64,000 nt of DNA from Aquiflexum sp. (GTDB lineage: Bacteria > Bacteroidota > Bacteroidia > Cytophagales > Cyclobacteriaceae). The notes beneath the pieces were generated by a model, which did no database searches, was not told the origin of the DNA, and saw only the letters and a list, made by a program, of their open reading frames with translations. How positions within the stretch are numbered: position 1 is the stretch's first letter; the number at the start of each line of letters is the position of its first letter. Location: positions 22 through 64,021 of the forward strand of contig NZ_JBGTCA010000019.1 in NCBI RefSeq assembly GCF_041749095.1, written 5' to 3'. This document shows positions 20,175 through 29,645 of the stretch, piece after piece. A program made the translations under genes and the position numbers.

Positions 20175-21437
20175 ATGAAAAAAATACTACTATCTACAAT
20201 CATGGCTGGGTGTATTGCCTTATCGGTAAACGCCCAAAGCGACTACAATAAGTGGTCCCTAGAACTAAATGGAGGCTTTAATCATGTACAAGCTCCATTG
20301 ACTCCTAACTATTTCTCACCCATCGCATTAGGTCATGTTGACTTCGGTGTTAGATACATGTTCAATGACAAGTTTGGAGCCAAACTTGATTATGGACTTG
20401 GCTCTTTCAACGAGAAAAGTGACTCTCCTACGTTTTCTACCGGTTATTACAGGTTGAATCTTCAGGGTGTGGCTAATTTGGGAAGAATTATGAAGTGGGA
20501 ATCGTTCACAAGAACGTTCAATCTGTTAGGTCACCTTGGTGCTGGAATAGGTCAAGTAAGACCTGATGCAAATCCATTGGACGACAATGTCTTTAACCTA
20601 ATGGCCGGTCTTACTGGCCAAATTAAGCTTGGTGAAAGAGTAGCTCTAACAGGTGATATCAGTGCCCTCGCTAACGGAAGACAAACTGTTTCTTTTGATG
20701 GGAATACTAATGTACCTACAACTGATCCAACTTACCATGGTCCGAAAGCGAACTGGTGGACTGGAACAATAGGATTGAATTTCTACCTTGGAAAAGCCTC
20801 TACTCATGCCGATTGGTATGTTGAAGCTGATAAATATGCTACAAAAGCAGAATTGGCTCAACAAATCGGTGAAATCAAAGATATGTTGAAAGACTCTGAT
20901 GGAGATGGTATTCCTGATTATTTGGATAAAGAACCAAACACCCCTGCAGGTGCAAGAGTTGATAATATGGGTAGAACCTTAGATTCTGATGGTGACGGAA
21001 TTCCTGACCATTTGGACAAATGTCCTTTTGCTCCCGGACCTGCCTCAAATAACGGTTGTCCAATTGAAGAAGAAGTTAAAGAAGTTGATTACTTCAAGAA
21101 AGCTATTAATGAAGGTTATGTAAATGTTTATTTTGCATTTGATAGTGCTAAGCCCCTTGGATATTCAGCTTCAGCCACAAATTATGTTGCTAATTTCTTA
21201 AAAAGGAATCCAGGAGTGAAATTAGAAGTCAAAGGTTATGCTGATGAAATCGGACCTGAAGATTATAATATGAAACTTTCTGAAAGAAGAGCTAAAACTG
21301 TTTATGATTTGTTGATCACAACAGGTATAGATGCATCCAGAATTACATATAAAGGCTACGGCGAAGATACAAGTGTAGATAAGAATTCTGCTGACGCCAG
21401 ACAACTAGCTAGAAGAGTAAGTTTTGAAGTGAAATAG
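20175..21437 (+). CDS. OmpA-family outer-membrane protein with thrombospondin type-3 repeats
   Basis: Signal peptide, an N-terminal beta-barrel-like region, DSDGDGIPDYLDKEPNTP and DSDGDGIPDHLDKCP, and a C-terminal OmpA domain (..ARRVSFEVK). Confidence 0.85.
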   Translation: MKKILLSTIMAGCIALSVNAQSDYNKWSLELNGGFNHVQAPLTPNYFSPIALGHVDFGVRYMFNDKFGAKLDYGLGSFNEKSDSPTFSTGYYRLNLQGVANLGRIMKWESFTRTFNLLGHLGAGIGQVRPDANPLDDNVFNLMAGLTGQIKLGERVALTGDISALANGRQTVSFDGNTNVPTTDPTYHGPKANWWTGTIGLNFYLGKASTHADWYVEADKYATKAELAQQIGEIKDMLKDSDGDGIPDYLDKEPNTPAGARVDNMGRTLDSDGDGIPDHLDKCPFAPGPASNNGCPIEEEVKEVDYFKKAINEGYVNVYFAFDSAKPLGYSASATNYVANFLKRNPGVKLEVKGYADEIGPEDYNMKLSERRAKTVYDLLITTGIDASRITYKGYGEDTSVDKNSADARQLARRVSFEVK

Positions 21438-21458
21438 TAATCAATAGATATAAATAAT

Positions 21459-21487
21459 AGCCCGATCCCAAAGATCGGGCTTTTTTT
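21459..21487 (+). terminator. rho-independent terminator
   Basis: AGCCCGATC-ccaaa-GATCGGGCT is followed by T7. Confidence 0.85.
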
Positions 21488-21560
21488 ATGTAAATCTTCG
21501 CAGGTTAAATTAAAGTTAATTTATCGATATTTGTTTTTGTGAAATTTATAGCCAAAAGCC

Positions 21561-22214
21561 ATGTTTATACTTGACAAGACAAATTCTATTGCCAATCAAT
21601 ATCTGTTCGAATTACGGGATAAAAGCATACAAATTGACCGCCTCCGCTTCAGAAAAAACCTTGAAAGGCTTGGGAAAATTATGGCTTATGAAATCTCCAA
21701 GTCTCTTCACTATTCCTCCAGAACAATTGAAACCCCTTTAGGAAATGCTACTATCCCTTTAATGCAAGAACAGCCGGTTCTGATTTCTGTAATGAGGGCT
21801 GCTATTCCCTTTTTCCAAGGATTCTTGAATTTTTTTGATGCAGCGGATAGTGGCTTTATTGGTGCCTATCGGGTAGCTGAAAAACCATGCTCCAAAGAAG
21901 TAGAAATCGATTACTTGTACCAAGCCGCACCTAGTCTAGAAGGAAAGGAAGTTATCATTATTGATCCTATGCTGGCCACCGGCAAATCATTTATAAATAC
22001 CGTAGAAAACCTACTCCTTACCCATGGAAATCCAACCATGATCCATATTGCATGTGTTATCGCAGCACCTGAAGGAATTGACTACATTAAAAATCAATTG
22101 CGTATTCCCTTTACACTTTGGATTTGTTCATTGGATGAAAAGTTAAATGACAGATCCTATATTATTCCCGGTTTAGGAGATGCCGGAGATTTATGTTTTG
22201 GTCAAAAACTTTAA
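21561..22214 (+). CDS. upp: uracil phosphoribosyltransferase
   Basis: 217 aa with the PRPP motif VIIIDPMLATGKS and a C-terminal PGLGDAGD. Confidence 0.9.
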   Translation: MFILDKTNSIANQYLFELRDKSIQIDRLRFRKNLERLGKIMAYEISKSLHYSSRTIETPLGNATIPLMQEQPVLISVMRAAIPFFQGFLNFFDAADSGFIGAYRVAEKPCSKEVEIDYLYQAAPSLEGKEVIIIDPMLATGKSFINTVENLLLTHGNPTMIHIACVIAAPEGIDYIKNQLRIPFTLWICSLDEKLNDRSYIIPGLGDAGDLCFGQKL

Positions 22215-22220
22215 ATAAAA

Positions 22221-23144
22221 ATGGATTACCTGTTTTTAGTGATCGGGCTGGCCATTTTGTTGGCAGGAGGAAAATTTTTAGTTGATGGTGCCTCAGGATT
22301 GGCTTTAAAATTTGGGCTTAGTCAAGGTCTGATCGGGCTTACTATTGTGGCATTTGGCACTTCAGCTCCAGAGTTACTTGTGAGTATCAATGCGGCCATC
22401 AAGGGCAATAGTGATATTGCCTTGGGGAATGTCATTGGATCAAATATTTCAAATATTTCTTTGGTATTGGGAATAAGTGCAATGATTTTTCCCATAGTTA
22501 TATTGAAGTCAGTAATCAAATTAGATTATTTGACAGCTCTATTAAGTTCTGTTCTTTTCTATGTGATGGCGTTGAATGGTACCATTTCGCGATGGGAAGG
22601 ATTGATACTTTTTATTTTACTTATCTTGATAAACATTTATTTTTTCAGAAAGCTTTCAGGGGGAGACCACCTGGCTTCAGACGATACCTCTATTACAATC
22701 CATCCACTTTGGAAAACCATTGTGTTATTGATAGCCGGGATTTTAGGTTTGTTTTTTGGCTCGGATATGTTGGTGGACAGTGCGGTAAATATTTCCAAGA
22801 ATTTGGGAATCAGTGAGCGGGTAATCGGTGTTACAATCATCGCAATTGGTACAAGTCTTCCTGAACTGGTAACCTCCGTGATTGCTGCATTGAATAAAAA
22901 AACGGATATCGCAATAGGAAATATCCTTGGAAGCAATATCATGAATGTTTTGTCAATCATAGGTATTACAGCATTGGTCAGCCCGATTCAGGTTTCAGAT
23001 TTGTTTCTTAAACAGGATTTTATTTGGATGATCGGATTTACCTTAATCTTGTTCCCAATACTCAAGTCCAAATTGACCGTTTCTAAAAGAGAAGGATTTA
23101 TATTATTGGTATTGTATGGGTTATATTTATATGTAATAATATGA
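22221..23144 (+). CDS. calcium/sodium antiporter (CaCA family, YrbG-like)
   Basis: Two alpha-repeat motifs (GTSAPELLVS and GTSLPELVTS), about 10 TM segments. Confidence 0.85.
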   Translation: MDYLFLVIGLAILLAGGKFLVDGASGLALKFGLSQGLIGLTIVAFGTSAPELLVSINAAIKGNSDIALGNVIGSNISNISLVLGISAMIFPIVILKSVIKLDYLTALLSSVLFYVMALNGTISRWEGLILFILLILINIYFFRKLSGGDHLASDDTSITIHPLWKTIVLLIAGILGLFFGSDMLVDSAVNISKNLGISERVIGVTIIAIGTSLPELVTSVIAALNKKTDIAIGNILGSNIMNVLSIIGITALVSPIQVSDLFLKQDFIWMIGFTLILFPILKSKLTVSKREGFILLVLYGLYLYVII

Positions 23145-23599
23145 GCACATACATCATTAAATTTCTTACCATATTTTTTGCATGTCTCTTCAAATTCATA
23201 GCAGGGCCTGTATTGGGTGCTGCTGCAGGCTACAACCTTACGGAAATAATCATAGTATCAGTGGGTGGAATGATGACTTCAGTCGTTGGTACGACCTATT
23301 TGGGGGATTGGTTTAAATCTCACTGGAACTTAAGAATTACGAAAAACCGAAAAAAATTCACTCCAAAAACACGGCGAATAGTCAGAGTTTGGAAAAAATT
23401 TGGGCCTTTAGGGGTCGCTGTTCTGACCCCTGTTTTCCTTACTCCAATAGGTGGATCAATAGTTCTGAATGCTTTTAATGTGGAAAAGAAAAAAATATTC
23501 TTTTATATGTTGGCCAGTGCCATGTTTTGGGCCTTAATTTTGGGTTATTCAATACATTGGTTGCTGAATATTCCATTCTTTGACAACCTACTCCGTTAG
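23141..23599 (+). CDS. small integral membrane protein, unknown function
   Basis: 152 aa with 4 predicted TM segments. ATGA start/stop overlap with the antiporter gene. Confidence 0.45.
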   Translation: MSTYIIKFLTIFFACLFKFIAGPVLGAAAGYNLTEIIIVSVGGMMTSVVGTTYLGDWFKSHWNLRITKNRKKFTPKTRRIVRVWKKFGPLGVAVLTPVFLTPIGGSIVLNAFNVEKKKIFFYMLASAMFWALILGYSIHWLLNIPFFDNLLR

Positions 23600-24496
23600 G
23601 TCCTCATCTGGAAGTATCTCAATATCCTGGATTAATACCCGCTTGGAAATTTCCTGACCAGTCAAAGTCGCTGCTAGTCCACCCATCGCTGTTTCCTTGT
23701 ACCTGCTTTCCATACTGGATCCAATTTCCCCCATTGCATCGATACATTCATCAACAGGAATCACAGCGTTGACTCCGGCCAGAGCTATTTGAGCAGAACT
23801 ATTAGCGATCGCCACTGCACTTGCATTTCTGACGACACAAGGAATTTCTACCAACCCAGCAACCGGATCACAGACCAAGCCTAGCATACATTGGATAGTA
23901 ATAGCTACCGCATTGAATATTTGGTCAACGGAACCATCAAGACAGTAAACAATGGCTCCGGAGGCCATTGCGGCAGCAGAACCGGTCTCGGCCTGACATC
24001 CCCCGACCGCGCCGGCAAGGCTTGCTTTCTGCTCTATAATCAAAGCAATCCCAGCTCCAACAAGAAGCCCCTCCAGTATTTTTCTATCATCCAAAGAATG
24101 TATTTCCTGTAGTGTATATAATACTCCCGGCAAGATCCCTGAAGCTCCGGCAGTTGGCGCAGCCACCACTCGACCCATACAGGAATTCACTTCCTTTGCG
24201 GCCAAAGCACGTGATATTAGTTTTTGGAATTCAATAGAAAGGACAGCTAGTGGATGATTATAAACCTTCTTTGCTCCATTGTTGATCATTCCTGATCTTG
24301 AGGTCATATCTTCTGACAAACCGGTCTCAACAGCCTCTTTCATCACCTCATACGCTTTTGATAGACCTGACCAGATTTCATCTTCTGTAACACCCTTTTG
24401 GGAAACCTCATATTGCAAAACGGATTCAAATAGATTCAGTTGATTGGCTTTACAATATTCTTTCCATTCTATAAAACTTTCAAAAAGAAAACTCAT
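23588..24496 (-). CDS. sdaAA: L-serine ammonia-lyase (Fe-S dependent), alpha chain
   Basis: AAPTAGASGILPG and GGCQAETGSAAAMA motifs, 302 aa. Confidence 0.8.
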   Translation of the reverse strand: MSFLFESFIEWKEYCKANQLNLFESVLQYEVSQKGVTEDEIWSGLSKAYEVMKEAVETGLSEDMTSRSGMINNGAKKVYNHPLAVLSIEFQKLISRALAAKEVNSCMGRVVAAPTAGASGILPGVLYTLQEIHSLDDRKILEGLLVGAGIALIIEQKASLAGAVGGCQAETGSAAAMASGAIVYCLDGSVDQIFNAVAITIQCMLGLVCDPVAGLVEIPCVVRNASAVAIANSSAQIALAGVNAVIPVDECIDAMGEIGSSMESRYKETAMGGLAATLTGQEISKRVLIQDIEILPDEDLTE

Positions 24497-24543
24497 TATA
24501 ATTTGGGTTTAAATACAGAACAAATTTGGATATTCTACATCAC

Positions 24544-24580
24544 AAAAAAAAGGCCTTCAAATCCAAGATATGAAGGCCTT
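24544..24580 (-). terminator. rho-independent terminator after the sigma-operon lipoprotein gene
   Basis: On the minus strand, the 10-bp stem AAGGCCTTCA/TGAAGGCCTT is followed by T8. Confidence 0.85.
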
Positions 24581-24597
24581 CAGCAGTTATATTATAT

Positions 24598-25557
24598 TTA
24601 ACGAACTTCCACAATCTTCACCATAAACCTGATAGGTTCTTTTGGTCTCGCTATCTGGTTGATGAAGCCTTTTTCGAAAAGGTCTTTCCTGATTATGTAT
24701 GGGAAAACTTGTGTGGAATTTGTAAAACCCAAATCGGATGGTATGAGCAATTCCAGTTCCATATCCTTTTTAACCCCAAACAAACCCAAATTCAAAAATT
24801 TCAAATTTCCTTCATTACCAATTGTAGCCTGTACAGGTGCATTAGGCGCATTTTCGGCTATAGGATCAGTGCTATCCAACTGAAATAACTGGAATGTGAA
24901 ACGGACAATATCACTGTTGGCAGAAACCTTTGAATCCTCTGCCCCTTCCTCAAGGGTTTTAACATACATACCCTCTGAAGTTTTCTCAAATCCCTCTAAC
25001 TCATTCTCAGAAATAAAGTCCTCCATTAATTCTTCCTCGAAGACCTTTAGTTCAGCCTCGGTGTAGGTGTCAACGAATTTCATTTTGATTACCAAATTGG
25101 AATTAGGTAGAATCAATTGTTGGTAACTATAAGTTTGATAGCCTAAATAGGAAGGGACATATAGTATTAAAGTTTCACCGGTTTTGGCCATCCCGGAGGC
25201 AAAATTCATAGCCCTGGGAACCAGTCCGCTATCATTGTGGACATATAATCTAGGCCTTTCAGTTTCATCCATATAGCTTTCAATCAATTGGTCATCTGTG
25301 GTTCTGATTTCATAATAAACTCCAACCACTTCATTGTTGACGATTTGATTGCCTGTAGCATTGACCACTTCTTTTCTGTAGAAATATCCTACCGGACTTT
25401 CAACTGCATCTATGGAATTTCTGGATAAATATTCTCTTAATAACCTGTCATCCTTTTCCATTGATTTCTGAAGGTCAGACTCGGACTCCGGAAAGCATGC
25501 CGTCAACCCATACATAACAATTCCGATCATTATCGGAACAACTCTTCTGTTTATCAT
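24598..25557 (-). CDS. lipoprotein, possibly two degenerate FKBP-like domains
   Basis: Lipobox (GLTAC), 319 aa, with two internally similar halves ending in beta-rich segments. The function is not secure. Confidence 0.35.
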   Translation of the reverse strand: MINRRVVPIMIGIVMYGLTACFPESESDLQKSMEKDDRLLREYLSRNSIDAVESPVGYFYRKEVVNATGNQIVNNEVVGVYYEIRTTDDQLIESYMDETERPRLYVHNDSGLVPRAMNFASGMAKTGETLILYVPSYLGYQTYSYQQLILPNSNLVIKMKFVDTYTEAELKVFEEELMEDFISENELEGFEKTSEGMYVKTLEEGAEDSKVSANSDIVRFTFQLFQLDSTDPIAENAPNAPVQATIGNEGNLKFLNLGLFGVKKDMELELLIPSDLGFTNSTQVFPYIIRKDLFEKGFINQIARPKEPIRFMVKIVEVR

Positions 25558-25559
25558 TA

Positions 25560-26933
25560 CTATTCTTTTTTATTTTTTAATTGGAAATTCATTCTCAGAT
25601 TAATCCCTCCTATAGAGAACTGTTGATTGTTAAATGTTTGATCACCCAAAGAAAACTTATAAAAAGGTTCGATGGAAAGGAATGTCCCGTTTTTCAAATT
25701 CTGCTCATACCCAAATCCAAAATTAAGCATTTGACCGGAATTAACATTTCCGGAGCCTCCACTAGGACTTACCGTTTGAGTGTAGGTCTGTATGGCAGAT
25801 TGCATACCAACAAAATTACCATGATTCAGGTTTGCAGTGCTGAATGTAGTTGTATTCAGCTGGTTCAGATACACCATATTGGAAAAACCGGAAATGAGAT
25901 ATACGTCAGAACTTTTATTTTCGAGAACTTTATACTTCAGGTTAATCGGAATCTCCAATTGGCCAAAGCTTAATTCTGTCGAGGAATTGATAAAATTTCC
26001 TGAGAATGCAGATCTTGCAGCCTCAGCTTGGTTTGCCAAATACAATGCGTTTGCATTTGATGCATCTGAGGTTATCAAAGCGTTTCTACCGGATGTTGTA
26101 GGTGTGATCTGTTGCCTTGCATAGGCCATACCGACATCAAGCTTCAATCTTTTGGAAAAAGAAAATTCCGACATCATTCCTGCCCCTAAACTCAGGGTTT
26201 GAGTGGCATTTGAAATAGTTTGAGGAGCAACCATTACGCCAAGTTTGACAGGACCATTCTTTTCGTCCTTCTTTGCAATTGTCTGCTTTTTCTCAATTTC
26301 GGCTTCATCACCCAACCAATTTTTAATATAATCCAATGTCTTTTTTTCTGCATCAGAATCTTGCTCAAATGTCAATGCTTTGGATGAATCTATAAAAGAT
26401 TCATTGGATTTAGAATCATGATTGGTTTCAATTGGTGCATCATTACTATTATCGGCTACAGTAATGTTAGCTGGTAAAATCTTTTCCTCGTTTTTTATAA
26501 CCACTGTATTGTCAGTATTATCCAAACTTGCCATAGGTACCCCCACAAAGGTAGTGTTCGGTATTTCATTTACCTTTTGATTCGTCCCTATGCCTTGTGC
26601 GTTTTCAATTCTTTTTTCCCCTTCAGAATCTTGGTCTTTTGTTGAATATTGATCGTCAATTTCAATTGGTTCATTGGATGTCAGCACCTCGGCTGGATCT
26701 TCATTTTCATATGTTTCTGTGACCTGCAATTGGTTTAGAAGTAATATACCTAATACCAAACTGGCCGCTATGCCCATCCACCAGAAGGCACCAATCCTTT
26801 TGAAAGCTTTATTTTTTTGTCCAAAATAAAGCTTCTTGAATTTTTCAAGTTCTTGAGGATCCAATGGTTCCTCATGTTGTTGAAAGGAGACTTTTATCTT
26901 ATCAACAAGTCTTTTATCGAATTGCTCCTTCAT
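25560..26933 (-). CDS. membrane protein: anti-sigma-like N-terminus + TM + low-complexity linker + beta-barrel-like C-terminal domain
   Basis: A short cytoplasmic N-terminus, one TM (FWWMGIAASLVLGILLL), an acidic/polar linker, and a C-terminus of alternating-hydrophobic strands ending ..INLRMNFQL. It overlaps the sigma gene by 20 nt. Confidence 0.5.
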   Translation of the reverse strand: MKEQFDKRLVDKIKVSFQQHEEPLDPQELEKFKKLYFGQKNKAFKRIGAFWWMGIAASLVLGILLLNQLQVTETYENEDPAEVLTSNEPIEIDDQYSTKDQDSEGEKRIENAQGIGTNQKVNEIPNTTFVGVPMASLDNTDNTVVIKNEEKILPANITVADNSNDAPIETNHDSKSNESFIDSSKALTFEQDSDAEKKTLDYIKNWLGDEAEIEKKQTIAKKDEKNGPVKLGVMVAPQTISNATQTLSLGAGMMSEFSFSKRLKLDVGMAYARQQITPTTSGRNALITSDASNANALYLANQAEAARSAFSGNFINSSTELSFGQLEIPINLKYKVLENKSSDVYLISGFSNMVYLNQLNTTTFSTANLNHGNFVGMQSAIQTYTQTVSPSGGSGNVNSGQMLNFGFGYEQNLKNGTFLSIEPFYKFSLGDQTFNNQQFSIGGINLRMNFQLKNKKE

Positions 26934-27462
26934 TTTTTATTTCATTTAATTCCTGAACTTTTTCACGTAGCAGTTTTTTGGCCCTTGCCAAATAGGTCCT
27001 TGAAGTACTGGGAGGAATTCCAAGTTCATCACCGATTTCATTGTGGGAATAACCTTCTATTTCATACATATTGAATACAATCCTCAATATTTCCGGTAAA
27101 TCCCTCAAAATTCCAAGAATGTCCTGAGAAGACAATCGGTCAATGATATCAGGGTCGGATACTTCAGTATCAGCTTTATCGATATTCATTACAGCAAAAT
27201 ATTTGACATTTTTTCTGTAATAATCAATCGATGTATTGATAAGAATTCTTCTGAACCAGCCTTTGAATGAATTATCAGGACTATACTGGGGCAACTTATC
27301 AAAGACCTTCATAAAACTGTCATTGACAATCTCACAAGCATCATCTCTGGAATTGGAATACCTTAAAGCAATGCTCATAGCATACCCATAGAAGTGCTTA
27401 TAAAGCATTTCTACGGATTTGGAATCTCCATCTTTTGCTTTTTGGATCAGGTGTTTTTCCAA
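26914..27462 (-). CDS. ECF-type RNA polymerase sigma-70 factor
   Basis: Region 2 (DDACEIVNDSFMKVF..WFRRILINTSIDYYRK) and region 4 HTH (EGYSHNEIGDELGIPPSTSRTYLARAKK). TTG start. Confidence 0.85.
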   Translation of the reverse strand: MEKHLIQKAKDGDSKSVEMLYKHFYGYAMSIALRYSNSRDDACEIVNDSFMKVFDKLPQYSPDNSFKGWFRRILINTSIDYYRKNVKYFAVMNIDKADTEVSDPDIIDRLSSQDILGILRDLPEILRIVFNMYEIEGYSHNEIGDELGIPPSTSRTYLARAKKLLREKVQELNEIKNEGAIR

Positions 27463-27636
27463 AGATACAGGTTGGTTTTCAGGCCCTTTGATACTAGACG
27501 CAATTCATTGGTAAAACGCTACAGGATTTTAAAAAAAATATCCGATCAGATTGTCTGTCCACTATAAAAGCAATGGACATCTCCGTCAAGGAATTAATTG
27601 ATGCAGCTTTTTTAAGTTGTCATAAACTCTTACTTT

Positions 27637-27644
27637 TATTTTTG
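27637..27644 (+). promoter_or_regulatory. candidate -7 box TATTTTTG
   Basis: Exact TAnnTTTG match, 49 nt upstream of the ATG at 27693. A TTG lies 17 nt upstream (27617..27619). Confidence 0.3.
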
Positions 27645-27692
27645 GTTAAGTAACATAGCAACAAAATTACCGTTAAATTCATCACCGAAATT

Positions 27693-28424
27693 ATGATGAA
27701 AGCACTAAAATACATTTTATCTGTTCTTTTTCTGAGTCTTTATTTTTCAGCCAATGCTCAAAGAGAAGACGCAGGAGATTATGAATATGAAAGTGAAGTT
27801 CTATTTGGAGTGAATAAAAATACAAATGGTGGACTGATTGGCGGTTTTTCATTAAAAATGGGTTTCAGATTAGACGAAACAAATTTTCAGTTTTTTGGAC
27901 TTGATCTGGCCAATGTCAAAGATTCCAGGGAAGTCCGATATCCCACTGTTTTGGGAAACTCATTTATATTCGGAAAATCCAACTATCTATATTCTTTAAG
28001 ACCATATTATGGAAGAGAGTTGATTGTATTCAAGAAAGCTCCACAGCAAGGTGTTCAGGTATCTGTCTTGGGTGCGGTTGGTCCGAGTATTGGAATCATT
28101 GCCCCTTATGTCATAGAATATGCAGTCAATAGATTAGAGACAGTCAGAGAACAGTACAATCCCACAGATCACCAAAGCCGGTTCAATATCATAGGTCCGG
28201 GAAGAATTTTTGAGGGTATGAACCAATCTGACATTGCCTTTGGTGCAAATGCAAAAGCAGCAGTAAATTTTGAGTTTGGTGTATTCAAATCAAATGTAAC
28301 GGGCTTGGAACTAGGTTACCAATTAGAGGGTTTTACCAAGGAAATCCCTTTGATACCTACTGTTGAAGGCAGGCAATTATTCCAATCTGTATATTTCACT
28401 TTCTTCTATGGATTCAGGAAATAG
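27693..28424 (+). CDS. secreted hypothetical protein, outer-membrane beta-barrel-like
   Basis: Signal peptide (..YFSANAQ), 243 aa, alternating strands, C-terminal aromatic-rich end. Confidence 0.45.
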   Translation: MMKALKYILSVLFLSLYFSANAQREDAGDYEYESEVLFGVNKNTNGGLIGGFSLKMGFRLDETNFQFFGLDLANVKDSREVRYPTVLGNSFIFGKSNYLYSLRPYYGRELIVFKKAPQQGVQVSVLGAVGPSIGIIAPYVIEYAVNRLETVREQYNPTDHQSRFNIIGPGRIFEGMNQSDIAFGANAKAAVNFEFGVFKSNVTGLELGYQLEGFTKEIPLIPTVEGRQLFQSVYFTFFYGFRK

Positions 28425-28456
28425 TGAATCCGCTGGTTTAATTGGCATTTGGGGAT

Positions 28457-28464
28457 TAATTTTG
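28457..28464 (+). promoter_or_regulatory. candidate -7 box TAATTTTG upstream of lipA
   Basis: Exact match, 22 nt upstream of the ATG at 28486. Confidence 0.3.
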
Positions 28465-28485
28465 GATTTCAATAAAGAATAGAAA

Positions 28486-29364
28486 ATGATCGAACTTCCA
28501 GTAATATCCGAAGAGGCCACAAAACGCAAAAAACCGGATTGGTTGAGAGTTAAACTGCCCATTGGAAAAGAGTACGCCAAAGTACGGAAATTAGTAGATG
28601 AACATAAACTGCATACCATCTGCGAAAGTGGCAACTGTCCCAATATGGGTGAATGCTGGGGTGCAGGAACCGCAACTTTTATGATCTTGGGCAATGTCTG
28701 TACAAGGTCTTGTTCTTTTTGTGCTGTAGCTACCGGCAGACCTCCTGAATATGACACTGATGAACCAAGACGAGTAGCAGAAGCTATTCAATTGATGGGG
28801 GTCAAACATGCTGTGATCACTTCTGTCAACAGAGATGAACTGAAGGATAAAGGTGCGGAAATCTGGTATCAGACAGTAGTCGAAACTAAAAAACTTTCTC
28901 CTCAAACCACCATAGAGACCTTGATTCCAGATGTCAAATCAAACTGGGATGCCCTATACAGGATGATTTGTGGAGGGCAAGAAGTTGTGTCCCATAATGT
29001 GGAAACTGTTGAGAGTCTGTATCGAAGGGTCCGGCCTCAGGCAAAATATACCCGATCCCTGGAACAGATTAAGCTTACCAAAGAATATGGCAAGAGAACC
29101 AAAACCGGTATTATGCTGGGTTTGGGAGAAAAAAGGGATGAAGTGCTGAAGGCTATGGATGACTTGGTCGCCCATGGCTGTGATATTCTGACATTGGGGC
29201 AATATCTGCAACCTACCAAAATGCATATTGAGGTGGCAGAATTTATCCATCCTGATTTATTTATAGAATACCGTGAAGAAGGTTTAAAGAGGGGAATTAA
29301 ATATGTAGAATCAGGTCCCTTGGTGAGATCTTCTTATCATGCCGAAAGACATGTAACTGTATAA
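28486..29364 (+). CDS. lipA: lipoyl synthase
   Basis: [13 protein letters not shown] and radical-SAM CTRSCSFC motifs, 292 aa. Confidence 0.95.
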   Translation: MIELPVISEEATKRKKPDWLRVKLPIGKEYAKVRKLVDEHKLHTICESGNCPNMGECWGAGTATFMILGNVCTRSCSFCAVATGRPPEYDTDEPRRVAEAIQLMGVKHAVITSVNRDELKDKGAEIWYQTVVETKKLSPQTTIETLIPDVKSNWDALYRMICGGQEVVSHNVETVESLYRRVRPQAKYTRSLEQIKLTKEYGKRTKTGIMLGLGEKRDEVLKAMDDLVAHGCDILTLGQYLQPTKMHIEVAEFIHPDLFIEYREEGLKRGIKYVESGPLVRSSYHAERHVTV

Positions 29365-29569
29365 TAAACAAAGAGGATAGATTTTTGCCCATTCTCTTTT
29401 TAAAATAGACTTTTAAATTTATCTCAAATAAGCAGAAAGCATCCAAACAGTCTTTTCTTTGACGGTGTCTTTTATTTCTATTCCGATATCGATTGTGCTC
29501 ATAATTTTTATATTTATGTTTTGTAACATTACCTTATGTTCAAAAATAAAGACATCAGGATTAGAAAAG

Positions 29570-29577
29570 TAATTTTG
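29570..29577 (+). promoter_or_regulatory. candidate -7 box TAATTTTG upstream of the histidine kinase gene
   Basis: Exact match, 69 nt upstream of the ATG at 29646. Confidence 0.25.
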
Positions 29578-29645
29578 TCAGATTGATAATATCTATTGGC
29601 AAATTGAGTTTTCTATAATATATCCCATCATCCCTCTACATCTCA

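Noticed and set aside
27460-27467. A TAnnTTTG match (TATCTTTG, minus strand) at the ECF sigma gene.
   Set aside because: Its last three bases are the TTG start codon itself, so it cannot serve as the -7 box for that gene. It is probably coincidental.
29419-29502. A 27-codon minus-strand ORF (MSTIDIGIEIKDTVKEKTVWMLSAYLR) in the 281-bp lipA-to-kinase spacer.
   Set aside because: It has no ribosome-binding or promoter context that I can see and no recognisable motif. An ORF of this length is expected by chance in AT-rich sequence.
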